NCBI GenBank assembly: GCA_013239625.1
Contig: MU054037.1
Coordinates: forward strand, 436,001 to 500,000
From: Lama guanicoe
Taxonomy: Eukaryota
Direction: 5' to 3'
Length of the DNA: 64,000 bases
This document shows, one piece after another, positions 38,799 to 51,520 of this stretch. The stretch's first letter is position 1; each line of letters opens with the position of its first letter. The translations under genes were made by a program, and so were the position numbers. The notes beneath the pieces were generated by a model. That model had not been told where the DNA came from. It saw only the letters and a list, made by a program, of their open reading frames with translations, and did no database searches.

Positions 38799-40037
38799 AG
38801 TCCCCCACTTCTGATACTCCTCAGTCTTGAGGGGAACCGGTGTTGGAATAATATTTTGGATCGGGAGGTTAATCATGAACTTGATTTCAATCTCCAATCC
38901 TATTTCATCCTTCCCTAAATCTTTCAGGGACAGGGGCAACAACCGCTGTGGCTACTTCCTGCTGAAATAGGGCCTAGTCCCACCTCAATTTGGGGAATGG
39001 ACACTAAGTTGGAAATATTCCTGAGTTCCAAGTTCTGGATCCCAATCTTGTATGATTAAGATCTCATTCACTGGGGGACTCAGGAGAATAAGCCTAAAAC
39101 CCATCTGGACCTGGCCCTTCAGGGGAATCTTGTAGCCAGGTAGCCAGCTGTCTACTATTATCTGAGTAGGTTTTAACATTTGATGTGATATTAACATATA
39201 TAAATAAGAGCTATTGGCCACTACTCATTTTTTTTTCTAACATCTGATCTAAAGCAATTTTATTTTCTAAAAGTTTAATAGTTACAAGAGGAGACCTTGA
39301 GATCATAAGGTTGCAGCTACCATCTGCCAGCAGACACTGCTCTGAGAATGCCTGGTGGCATCCAAAGTATGACACAGCTCAGGAAATTCGAGCTCTCAAC
39401 AATACAGGAGCATGTTTGAAATCACGTCCACGGTGGCCACCTAGTTTGACTTTGGGTATCTGAACCACAGCTACTCCATTCTGACTTTCAAATGAAGTCC
39501 CCCACCTCAGGGTCAAAGTGCATGTACAGCGCACATCCAAAAGGCCGTAAAACAGGCCACTTTGGTCAGTAGAGTTTAAACCATGTATAAGCTAGAATGA
39601 CTTGCCCATACCTCAATATGTGCAGATTTTTTTCTCATCATTTCCCCTTTTGATTGCAAATCTTTCAATAGAAAGCATTTAAAATCAAAATATTTGTCCC
39701 CTGATGCTGGAGGGGTGGCTCCTGCCCCAGGTTTAGATCATGCCCTTTGTTGTTGGGCCTCCTCTTTATTTGCCTAGTTATCCAAGTTGAGGGAAAGCTA
39801 ATTAGATATTGTGAACAGGCTCAGAGGTACGTTAACGGAGAAATAATTTATACATCATACATTTTATAACTTATACTTGAATGTTACACAAGCATTATAC
39901 ATGTGCTTTTAGCAACAGACTTAAAGCAAGCATTATTATACACCATGAGTAGTTATATTCTGTGACAACTCTGTTAGACAATTCTCTTTCTATCTCAAAC
40001 ACTGGGGGCAACAGTGTGATTAAAAGTATAGTAACTT

Positions 40038-40168
40038 AGGGGGAAAGGGTACAGCTCAGTGGTAAAGTGCATGCCTAATGTGCACGAGATCCTGGGTCCA
40101 ATCCCCAGTACCTCCATTAACCAACTAACTAAATAAGTCTAATTACCTCCCCCACCCCCCAGAAAAAG
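40038..40168 (+). mobile_element. Vic-1-like SINE inserted in ERV interior, 14-bp TSD
   Basis: A/B boxes present. aagtatagtaactt repeated at 40024-40037 and 40169-40182. Confidence 0.88.
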
Positions 40169-41749
40169 AAGTATAGTAACTTTCAACACTGATAGGGAGA
40201 CAAACATTTGATAAACAGTTCAATTAGAAAACATCATTACTAATTACCTCCCCCTCAAAGTTAAAAAAATTATTTAAAAATATTGACTGTACTTCAATAA
40301 AAAATATTAAAAACAAAGAAAACATAGATTAAAAGTCAATACTTCAGACAAAAAAACTTACAACCATATTTATCAGTTTACTCAATCCTATGTAATTATC
40401 CTTTTTACCAATAGTTTTATGAAATCAGAGTTTCTTAGACTTTTTTTTTTTAATTGAAGTACTGTCATACTGTCAGTTATAATGTGTCAATTTCTGGTGT
40501 ACAGCACAATGTCCCACAGAGTTTCTTAGACTTTCTAAATATCTTAGCTAGTTCAGCAGTATGATTTAAAAGAAACATGTACTTGTCAAAAAGTCCTTTT
40601 TATAAATCTTCTCAAAGATGAAGTAATTTTGCAAAGCATCAGCTTAACTGTCTGAATGTCAGCAGACTTAAAAAGGCAAGGTTAAACATCGGATTACAAT
40701 GTTTTTGACAAAAAAGCTTAATCAAGTTGCTGCAACATACATTTTGAATTATGACTGATAGCATTATACTGGGATATCTTAAATATCAGAATCTTTATAT
40801 CATATCTAGAATGTCTATATCAATATCATTTATCCATACCACATAATCTGAGGAGGCTTATCACTCGTATGACAGTGGTCCCTGTGTAAATCAACATACC
40901 AAACAATCCCAGTTAAATATTTCTCTGAGATGCCTCAGAGGCTGTCTGAAGCACCCAGAAGCCAGCTGGAAGTCAAAAGAACTTTAATTAGAATTTGGTA
41001 GGAAGTTTGTCAAAAATATCAAAACGTTTTAAAAAACATTTGGTCAGATAGAATCATAGGTCATTGTGACTATTTGAGTGACATAAGATTTCAAAAGCAA
41101 ATACAGATCACTTAAAGGCAAGGAAGTTCACACAATCTGTTATCAAAAGCAGCATTCTAGTACACATCTGTCAAAATTCATCAAACTGTACATCTGAAAT
41201 ATGTGTAGTTTACTGTATAGGAACCATACCACAATAAAGGTGTATAAAAAAACAAGCATTTTAAGGAAACTCATTCTCTTAACAGAGAGGAACCAACTCT
41301 AGTCTACATTAGCCTACTTTTATTAACAAAAGCCATTTACCTAACTAATCTAATCTCAGCCCAACCACGCACAAAACTCCTTTCTACAAACCTTTCACAA
41401 CTTTCTGTATCCATATTACTTTGTCCCTTATTTTTTCATCTAGAAACAATCACCTTTAGGACAAAATCCTTTTTTTTCTCTGAACAAAATGCAATTCCAT
41501 TCCTCATAGCTTCCATTACTCAAAGCATATCCTACTTTCCTACTGTATGCTGAAATGTTTCCTTTGTTGTTTTTTTAGTAGCTTTAATTACATATTAGAA
41601 TCTTCACCTCTTAAAAATCTTAATTCTTAGTGAAAACCAAGAAGTAAGCAATTATGAACTTTTACATTAGCGTTCTGTCTATTGACAAATGTGGTACCCA
41701 TAATAATTTTTAAAAACATGTACTTTTCATAGAAAATATCTCAGGGTGG

Positions 41750-42229
41750 TGTGAATAAAATATACTGCAAACCATATCAGTAAACAAAGAATGCTGAAAC
41801 CATTAAGTCATCAGTGGTTGCTAATGACACCCCAGTGAAGACAAGCCTGCAGCCCAGCCTCTGCAGCCACTCACAATGGTGCACTCGGAGGGGACTCAGA
41901 ATAATAAAGGACAGGACACTGGCCCTAGATAGCTAGGTGCTTGTCAAAGGAATGAATTCAATCAGCCCAAATATTTGCTTTCTCCCATACATAGAAAAGC
42001 ACTAAATTCTTTAACTTGAGATGCCTGATTTTCTTTAGTTAACAAGTAATCTTTTATTGTTCCTACTACCTGGTCTTTGTTGTAAGGCTCCTATATATCC
42101 TAGCTTCTCCCCTACCATTTTGGAGCAGTCCCTCAGAGCCATCTGAGAGGCTGTCATCCCTGCTTGAGTCCTCCCACCAAACAAAACATAACTATTAAGT
42201 TTTATGCTGCGCATTTATTTCAGTCAACA
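41750..42229 (+). mobile_element. Unrelated solo LTR nested in the ERV interior
   Basis: TG...CA termini (tgtgaataaa...cagtcaaca), 480 bp, perfect 4-bp TSD gtgg at 41746-41749 and 42230-42233, TATA-like ctatatat at ~42091. Confidence 0.85.
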
Positions 42230-42992
42230 GTGGTAACAAATATATTCATCAATAGTCCTAAGTACCTTTAGTTTCTCTGTAAAGGGAAGCCAATATTCAG
42301 TAATTCATGTTTCAGTATGTTGTTTGGGAATGACCTAGCTATTCAATAAACTTCCATCATTTAACTTAATTTAGCACAACTCTAAAATTTCAAGTTACCA
42401 AATATCTGGAGAGATCTTTTTTAAGTAGACATTTCTAAAACAATTATTCCTAAGGAGTTCACCCTAAAGCTTTTATCTCATTTGCATTTAATTTACTTAC
42501 AAGGAATTTCATTGCACCAAGTTAGTTTTTTTCTTTCTGCTGACATTCTGCAACAGAAATAACTTATTGACCTTCAGTAAACATAAGTACAATAAAAAGA
42601 CATGTCTGTATTGATTAAACCAAAAAGCATACGCTAGCTTTAGTACCAGATATTAATACTGAATATTTCCTGGATCACATGAACCTGAAATTTGTTTCCT
42701 AGCTTCTTTTATGCTTATAATCTGTAAATGCTTACTTTTAAGTCAATTAGAGTTCATTTACAAGTTCATTTATACATAAAGACAGACAGAACCAGAGATC
42801 TCAGTTTTTCTGCTTGAGTTTTAAAATGCCCTTTTTATATAGAGAGCCCAGGTACATCATTTACATCTCAAAGGCACAGGAAGAGAGATGCAAATTCCTC
42901 CTCTAACAGCCATCTTGGCTATTTTCAAGGATTTTTTTTTCCAGTTCCCAAATATCCACTTCAAATCAAACAAATAATAGTAATAGATAATT

Positions 42993-43029
42993 TTATATAT
43001 ATATATAATATTATATATATATATATATA
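42993..43029. repeat. (TA)n microsatellite
   Basis: Interrupted TA run. Confidence 0.85.
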
Positions 43030-44006
43030 ATTTGCTCACACTCATATGCCTCACATTCAGCAAAACCAGGAGAACAGGATTTGGACTCAGGAGCCAAGGC
43101 AGTCACACATACACCGCCAAGATAAGAGCCAAAACAATTGCAAAAAGCCCACTTTAATATAATAACAGAGCCATTAGGGGCCACTGTTCTCCAGATCTCA
43201 GGGAGTACTGAGGCCACACGGTGTTACAATAAAAATACCATTTTCTTTCATTTATGGGAGCATAGCTAAAGATTTCTCAGGTTCGCAAGATACACCCCAG
43301 GGGGCTGTCAGATGGAAAAAAGCTCTGGTTATCCATACTTATTCACAGCCAGTGTTACCAAATATCTAGCAACAGAACGGTCTCTCAGGGTCATAGATCT
43401 CTAGCCCCCAAAAGAGAGATTCCCAGCCAGTGCCCCGTCAGTCCCAAAGGGGAGAACCACAACCAACGCACCATCAGAAATGAAGCTGAATGGAAGCCCA
43501 AGGCTGGAAAGGGAAACCCCAACCAGATGGAGGCTTCCAGAGGGGCCTGGCTCCTGAAAGACGATGGACCCAGAGTAGCTCACTTCGCTTTCCAGATGAA
43601 GCGAGTAGATGGGCTCGCCCCAAAACGATACATGCCAAAATACAAATAACAAATAAGCTATGGTCACACAGACAGAAAATCAAAGGAGGTGCAGTCTAAA
43701 AATTCCACTTCCACCTCCAGATGGAGGCCTCCAAACAGATTGGGCCAGCTCTCAAAAGAGAATGGACCCAGAGTGGCTCACGATGAGCCCAGGGAGGCTC
43801 ACTTCCCACGAGGGAATGAGCTCAGGAGCAGAGAGACATTCCCAGCCTGTGCAAGCTGGAGCGACTTACCTCCCAGCAGGACAAAATGGGGAACGTAGCT
43901 CCAGATATTTCTCTGCTCCAAATAGCCTTGGGCCACAGCTGCTGGGGACCCAGGGAAGGGGCTGAGGTCGACCTGCCAGAGACAGACTCTGCTGGCTTTG
44001 CCAAAA

Positions 44007-44444
44007 TTTTTACCTCTGCCTGACGCACAGAGGGGCCGACCAAACAGCAACATTGGAGCTTGGAGCAGAGAAAGGTTTACTAAGGGGTGGAGTGAGGAGA
44101 ATGTGTGGCTTGTGCTCTAATTAGTCTGAGCTCCCCAAAGGGTTTCACCTGAGCATCTTTAAAGGCCAGGTAAGGGAGGGGCATCCCAGGGCTTGTGATC
44201 AGCTGTGCACAATTACCTGATTCGTTGATGGTGATCAATCCTTAGGTGCCAGAGGGTCTGGGGGCTACCTGCTCATGATCATCAAGTAGTTACTTTCTTC
44301 CATTTGGTAGTGGTTTTAGCATCTAAAAAACTTAAGAAAGATGCATCAGATACAATTATCTAGGCACTTCAGAGAGGCGCTGCAGCAGAGGATACAGGGA
44401 GGTGTCTGTCCCGGGAAGGTCCCATAGGGTCCCGCTGGGTTACG
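44007..44444 (-). mobile_element. ERV1-class LTR, copy C (5' LTR)
   Basis: Homologous to copies A and B, ends ggttacg on +, and abuts the PBS. Confidence 0.85.
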
Positions 44445-44539
44445 GACTTCCCTCATTACTTTTATTGTTGACATTTGTGACCCTGCTTGATTTTTCTCCA
44501 TAGAAAAGAACACCATCTATTGGGCTACATTTTTTTCTT

Positions 44540-45900
44540 TTTAAAAAATATTTTATTTGGAAACAAGTTCAAGATCACAGAGAAGTTCCAAGAATAAGGA
44601 CAGCACAAACAACACCCATATATCCTTTACCCAAGTCCACTTATTGTTAACATTTTATTCCACTTGCTTCATTTGCATTCTCTTTGTCTCTCTCTTTCAC
44701 ACACACATATACACACAGAGACACTTACAACTTTTTTTGAACCATTTGAGAATAAGTTATATATGTGTCACCCTTTATCCCCAAATACTTCAATGTGTAT
44801 TTCCTAAAGATAGTGATATTCTCTTACACAATCACAATCAGTTATCAACCAGTCAATTTAATGTTGATACAGTACTTTTATCTACCATCTGTATCCATTT
44901 TCCCCTCCAGTACAAGGTCAAGTCTACTATCAGATATTCTGCACTTGGACTGTCTGATTCTTTATTCTCCTTTAATCTGAAGCATGTCTACAACCCTCCT
45001 TTGTCTTTTATGACATTGCCAGTTTTGAAGACTATAGTCCCTCCCCTCACCCCTTTCATTTAGCAGAGTGTTATCTAATGTTTCCTTATGAGGTTCAAGT
45101 TATGTTTTCCTGGCTGGAATGTTACAGAGCAACGCAGTGTCCTTCTCAGGATGCCATATTTGAGTCACACAGTGTTCTTTGGCCTCTCACTGGTGATATT
45201 CATTTTGATCTCCTGGCAAGGTGGTATTTAGTTTTGCCATGTGTTGTTTTTTGTTTTGTTTTGTTTTTTTTCCCTTTGCATCTAATAAGCAATCTGTGGA
45301 GAGATACTTTAAGACCATACAAGCATCCTGCTCTTCATCAAACTCTCACCCTAGAGTTTGCATCCAATGATGTTTCTTGCTTGAATTCATTTTGACTATG
45401 ACATAGTGAAAAGATGTTTTTCAAACTCCTGTACTCCCTCTACATTTCCTTGTTGGCATTCAGAATTCTGCTGTAAGCAAGACTCTCCCTTCTCCTTCTT
45501 CCCTGCCTCCTTCTTTCTTTCCTTCCTCTATCATCTATGCGTCTGTCCATCTGTGTATCTGTCTATTCACCTACCTACTGAGTGGACTTATGGATTCTTA
45601 TTTTTCCAAATACAGAATTCTTTATTATTTTAATGCTTATATTGTCCAAAATTTGGCCAGTGGGAGCCCTTTAAGCAGGCTTCTGTGATTTTGTAACATG
45701 CCCCCACCACTTACTCGAGCACTTTCTTACTTTCTGCATAAAAATCCATTCTGTTGTACCTATCCTGCTGTAGCCCTAGAATTTCCTCGAGAAGCCCTGG
45801 TTCCTTTTATGGCATTTAGAAACCAAGATCAGCAAACTAAGTGTGCTCATTGCTCTGAAGTATCCTTTGCTCCTAGGTAGGCCCTTTGGGCAGGAAAACA
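44540..45900 (-). mobile_element. Old L1M (L1MC/MD-type) 3' region
   Basis: ttttatttggaaacaagttcaagatcacagagaagtt...tttgaaccatttgagaataagtt...gtgtatttcctaaaga, characteristic of old L1 3'UTRs. Confidence 0.6.
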
Positions 45901-47372
45901 TATGCATGCAAATATGCATAGACATACACATATTTAAATACATACACACCTACATAAATGTATACACGCAAAGCATACAATCAAGTTTACTTATTTATTT
46001 TATTGTTTGTCCTTTACACTAAAATGTAAGCTCTCATGAGGGAGAAACTGTTTGTCTGTTCTGTTGGCTATTGATTTGCTAGTGCACAGAACAGTGTGTA
46101 GCAAATGGGGAGTGTTCAGTAGTCAGTTGTTGACTAAATAAGAAGAAAGAAACAGCCCCAACAGGCTAAATACCTTGCCAAATCCTCACTGCTGACAAAT
46201 GACAGAACTCTCTTTTTATCATGATTCAAAGACCCAAAATAAGAGCTAGTGTCTGGCTGGATAGCAAATGTCTCCATGGTCATTTTCCCACCTTAATTTT
46301 TTCTGACCTTTGTTACCTCCAGACTTCTTTAATTTGTATCCTCTCTTCCTACCCTCTGGGATTCGTAACTTCAGGTGGTCAGCAGGTAGGAGTTGAAGCT
46401 AGAGGCTAGGTGGCTAGTCCTGGGAGTAGGAGAAGATGCCAGGCCCATTCATTACCCAGCGGTGATGGCTGAGACTTCTCCTCAGCTTGGAATGTGGTCT
46501 AATGCAGGGAGTCGGGGGCCAGTTATCATTGCTGGCACACCCAGCAGCAGCCTCGAAGCTACCCAAGGAGTGACCACATGGAAGTAGACTACCCGAGATA
46601 ATAAGCCAGAAGACAGACCCAGAGTGGGCAGGTGGAGACCTGGCAGAGAGGAAGTACCCCTCCAGGAGCCCTGGCGTCATGGAAACTGGCCCTGCCACTC
46701 CATCTGTCCTCAAATGCTATAAATAGTTGGTTTCAGTATCAGCCAGGGCCAGACCAGGGCAGCAGCGTAGGCAGATCCTGAGAGGAAGTGGATCTGGGGG
46801 AGGATGTCACAGAGTGAGAGAGTGATGGGTGGAATGGGAGGAATGAGATGAGGCGGAGGGGAAGCCTTTGCCTGTCCCCACTGCACACCACAGCTGGTCA
46901 CTGGCACTCAGAGCCTGCCTCATAGAATTTTCCAGCCTGCCTATCATCCAATAATGTCATTCCACCAGACCATCCCCCCCCACCGCCTACTCCTTTGTTC
47001 TGTTTCTGCTGTTCTCTAAGGCCCCTCTGTCTCCATGTTTGCTCACACTTTTAAAGCTTATCTCAATTTATACTTCCTCCAAGGAAGAAGTCCAAAAAGC
47101 CAACCCCCAAAAGACTTCTAGTCTAGTCGATTTGCTGACACTTGGGCTGTGGGTGTCCCTGCCAGTGGAGGAAGAAGATCTGGCCCTTAGGATCTCCATG
47201 AATTTTATACATGAGGGGTCTTCTGGGAACCTCTGAATAACCTCTTGTCCCTCCTTCCTCTGTTACAAAGTCCTTTGGACACTATCACTCTCCTGCTGCC
47301 TTCCCTGCCCAGACTTGCCCTGTTACTTGGTTACTGAATGATTTTTGAGAACTTTCTTAACCTCTCTGGGCC

Positions 47373-47770
47373 TGTAGCAGGCTGGGTTCCCTGGTCCTGG
47401 AGACAATGTCTGTGCAGAATGTTTATTAAAGAGGGCCTTTGAATTCAATGCCTGGGGAAGGGAGTGGGGCAGGGGAGCTAGACTGGGCAGAGGGAGTAGG
47501 TGAACCACAGGAAGCTCCAGTGCCATAATGACCCATCAGAGTTGTCCCATGTTGGGCCCAAATGGCCAGTACTTTATCCCCACCAAGATCAGTCACTGAA
47601 TGCAGGCAGCCTGGGGAAGGGCGTGCTTTTGGGCAAGGTTGCCCTCTGCAGTTGTAGCAGTCTCAGAGGGCGCTAAAAGGTGAAGGTTGCCCACCTCTCA
47701 GGAGATGGAAAAATAAAGTCCTTCCATGAAGGGAGACTTGGGCAGGGCATCAATGCCTGAGCTCCCTCCT
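47373..47770 (-). mobile_element. ERVL-type LTR (LTR16-like)
   Basis: tgtagcaggctgggttccctgg...gtttatt...gactgggcagaggga...cagagttgtcc...tttatccc pattern. Confidence 0.5.
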
Positions 47771-50700
47771 GTAATAATGGCGCTATGGCACTTTAGTGGG
47801 CTCTTGTCCAGATGAAATACAGCAATATACGTCAAGTTCTTAGCATTCTGTTCTGACTCACAGTCACTGTTCAGTAATGATGCCAATGTCTATTATCCGG
47901 GTGTTGGGCTAGGGTCTCTTGGGTTAACTCTGACCCCAAGCAACCCTTCCTTTTTTGGGGAGATGATCAAGGGATGGGTGCATGTGAGTTAAGGACTCAA
48001 ATTTAGACTTTTTAAGTTTCTCTAGATGAAGTTACATATAAGGCCACTGAAACATAACAGCAATGAAATATGTTCATCACACAGTTTTAAAATTCAGGTC
48101 CCATTATCTTGTGAACAATACTATTATATGATATTGTCTTTTTGTCTTAACTTCTCCAATATGAACGTTTAACACAAATCACCTTATCTATAATCCTGTT
48201 TTGGAATTCTTTCTGCTTTTAATATTCTGGGATGCTTGAGAAATGGTAGTGGTCCAGGATTCTCTCTGCCTTTGATAATTTTTGCGCCACGTGTCCAGGG
48301 AGCCTGGAGGCAGGTGGACAAAACAGCTGCTTATCTGCTAGGCACAAGACCAGCCTCAGATCCACTCGCTCACCTGTCCACACACCTTATCAGCCCAGAG
48401 GGGACTTCAGCCAGGTCAGGTGTCCAGGTGTCCCTAGGGCCCCACGTGCCACGGGAGCATGCTCTGAACCAAGAGGAATCCCAGAAAAGCCCAATCACAG
48501 CCACTTCAGGATTCCACCTCCCCACCCCCCACCGGTGGGCTGGGGCAGGAAGCAGGAGAAAGGAAAGAACTGGACGCCCAATTCTCTGCTTAGTCCCAGG
48601 CGCAGCCGAGGGCACCTCCCCCGGCGGGTCCCGCCGCCGGCTGTCCTGGAGTGGTGCGGGAACCGGCTTCACGTGGGATCCTAGTACAGGACGCACTGAC
48701 CCTGGGAGCGGAGCGGGGTTGAGGATTGATGGGGACCAGGTAGGCGGGATAAGACTCAGCGTGAAAAGTGGTCTTTGTTTTTTTCAGCTTCTCAGCTTGG
48801 GTTTTGAGGTTCTTTTTAGAGAAAAGAGAAGCAAATCACTCTCATGTCTTTTGACCAGGGCGCCCCAGGCAGCTGCACAGGTTTGGGAATGGGGGAACCT
48901 CTGTGAGCTCCGCACCCAGCGGCGGCAGGACCAGAGTTCTGGCTCTCTGGCTCCTGGGCTGAGCTGGCCTCAGATCCCAGAGCCCGGAGCCTAGGTGTCA
49001 CCTACGCTCCCTCTTGGTTGCAACCAGAAATACTCGGTCCCGGAGGTGGGTCATGGTCATGCATGATCTCTAGGAATGGTTATTCTGCAGTCAGCTGGGC
49101 AAGTCCAGGACTTGTCTTTGAGAGTCAATAAAACCGTATGTAAAGCCTTAGCACAGTCCTAGTCTCGCTGTCCTTAAGAAATGGGGCTTTTGTTCCAGGA
49201 AGCACAGTGGCTCTGGAGGGTCCTGGCAATGGCACCCTGGGTGTGGGAGTCGTCAGTTCTGCAGAAGCCAGGCTGGGAAAATGTGCCAGCAGACGCCTCC
49301 CACCCTGTCTATATTGTAAAACTGGACTGAGAGCTGGAAAGAGCCACTGTTCCCCGCTGTGTCCACCTCTTCCTGGACCAATAGTCCTCCAGTCCCTTTC
49401 CTGTCCTCCTTGCTTCCATTTTTCCTGCATCTGTCCCCCCCTTCCCCTCCCACCCAGGTATTTGATGAAGGCTGTTTAGGTCAACACACTTTTATGGAAT
49501 GCGTAACAACAACAAAGTATCTGAAGTTCAGGTAGGTTGCTTAAGGCCAGGTCAACTAGTACTCTACAAGAGTCAAGGGTCTGAGGAAACTGGAGAGTTT
49601 TGATTAATAAGTAATGATGTTTAAGATAAAACAAGCTTGCTTGTGTTTGGGGGTCAGAGCTGTCAATCCATTCCTGGGTATCTTCTGAGTACATGTAGTG
49701 TGCTCAGCTCAGAACTAGCTCACTGGAGGAGAGGGAGGGAGATAAAAAAGATAGAAGATGAGGTTCTCTACCTCCAGAAAGACCAGCAATTAGTCTCCAC
49801 CCAGGGAGCTGAGGTCATTTAATTGATTTTTATTTTGAAAACTTTAGAGAAAATTATTAAAACATTTTTTTCCTCCAGTTCCATCTCGCAATACAGTATT
49901 CATGTTTGTACCATCTAATTTTCAGCAATAGGTAGATATAATTTTTATTTTTAATATAAAATCTATAAATAGTTCTGTTTACAAATAATAAAAATTGGTT
50001 TACAAATAATTTTTAATGTATTTTGAAAACACATTTCCCTGCCTCATCATTTTCACAATTATGATTTTATGCTGCAGACTATTCCCTCATATAGCCATTT
50101 AGCCACTTTTCGCCACTTTTCTGTTCCTGGTTAATTTCAGTTTTTTGTCATTATAAATAATGTGGCTATAAATATCTTTGTACCTATAGCTTTTTTTCTT
50201 CTTCTAAATTCTGTTCTTGGAATCAGTGCCCAGAAAGGGGATGACCTGGTCAAAGTGTTGACTGTTTTACAGTTCTTGCTCTGTAGAACCAGATTGCAAC
50301 TGAGAACATTTAATAACTAAATAAAGCAACCTTACAAATGAGTCTTATATTTGTAAAGAATACTGTATAGAGTAAACACTGTTGGCGACTACGATGTGTC
50401 AGGTCCATGCTAGCTGGACACCTGAGGATGAATGAGAGGCAGTTCCCACCTTGAGGGGAGCATAGAAGCTGTGGCTTTTCCACCTTTTTCCATTTGTAGG
50501 ACACAAAATATTCAAAACTGCTAAACATCTTTGGGCAGACCCAGAATTGAGCGATTCTCTCAAATTTTGAAGGGACTTGAAACATAAGGCTTTTTTTTTT
50601 TTTTTGATCAGGAGAATCTTAATCAAAGAGAGTGTAATTTTTGGCTTTGATGAAGCAGGTGGCTGGCTTGTGGGCTGTAACTCCATTCCTATTTCCCAGA

Positions 50701-50984
50701 TTCAAGAATATCAGGATGCAAGATGAGAGGAATGGATAGATAACATAAATCCACTTTGATTTCTAAATTCAAGCAAACCATTCCCAAACTAGGCATGTGT
50801 GCTGTGACACAATCGGACAAGTAAGATGATCCTTTTGTGTGTAAATCTGTGCACAGGACTCCTTGGTAGATAGGCCAGGATCACAAGGAGATAGAGCACT
50901 GAGGCTCAGGTGCCAGGAAGAATGGGAACAAAGAAAACTACAAAGAACCTGGGCCCCAGAGGTCATAAGGTTGGGCAATGTAGT

Positions 50985-51520
50985 ACATTAATTAAATACT
51001 ATGTGTCAGGCTCTATTCTTAGTCACTGGGATACAGCAGGGATCCAAACAGATAAAAAGTCCCTACTCCATGGAACAGATGCTTAGGGGTGAGGGTGGGA
51101 CATATAAGTGAACTATTGAGTATGTCAGATGATGATAAATACAATGGAAAAATAAAAGCAGGGGAAGGTGACAGGGTGTTCTAGAGAGGGGGTTTTAAAT
51201 GGGGCTCTCAGAGATGGCCTGATTGAGTTGAGGACGCTTGAACAAAGAGCAAGCCTTAGGATGCCTGGGAGAAAAGCATTCCAGAGGCCCTGATGCAAGA
51301 CCCTGAGGCAGGAGCAACGAGGCCAGTGTGGCAGGAGGTGAGATCAGAGACGGAGCTGGGGTCATTCTATGGGTGGCCGTACAAGCATTTTTAGGGATTT
51401 CGGCTTTACTCAGAGAGTGAAGCAAGGGACCCAGTGGACAATTAGACGTGGTCTGATCTGGCGTGGAGAATGGACTCCAGGGCGAGGGGACAGGGAGAAC
51501 AGTTAGGAAGCTAGTGGCAG
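50985..51520 (-). mobile_element. L2 3' fragment upstream of PDLIM1
   Basis: tactatgtgtcaggctctattcttagtcactgggatacagcag...aagcattccagaggc...gaggccagtgtggc. Confidence 0.6.

Larger units (their letters stand above)
38799..44006 (-). mobile_element. AT-rich non-autonomous ERV1 (MER4-group-like) internal region
   Basis: PBS-like TGGCAAAGCCAGCAGAGT on - (43986-44003), PPT at 38799-38812 and an env-TM remnant at ~39135-39300. No gag/pol ORF seen. Confidence 0.78.

Noticed and set aside
44557..45063. 168-aa hydrophobic ORF
   Set aside because: Lies antisense within an old L1 3' region and has a non-ATG start.
48236..48994. 252-aa ORF upstream of PDLIM1
   Set aside because: Starts at TTG, low-complexity GC-driven composition, no domain and no clear splice structure. 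Treated as regulatory DNA instead.
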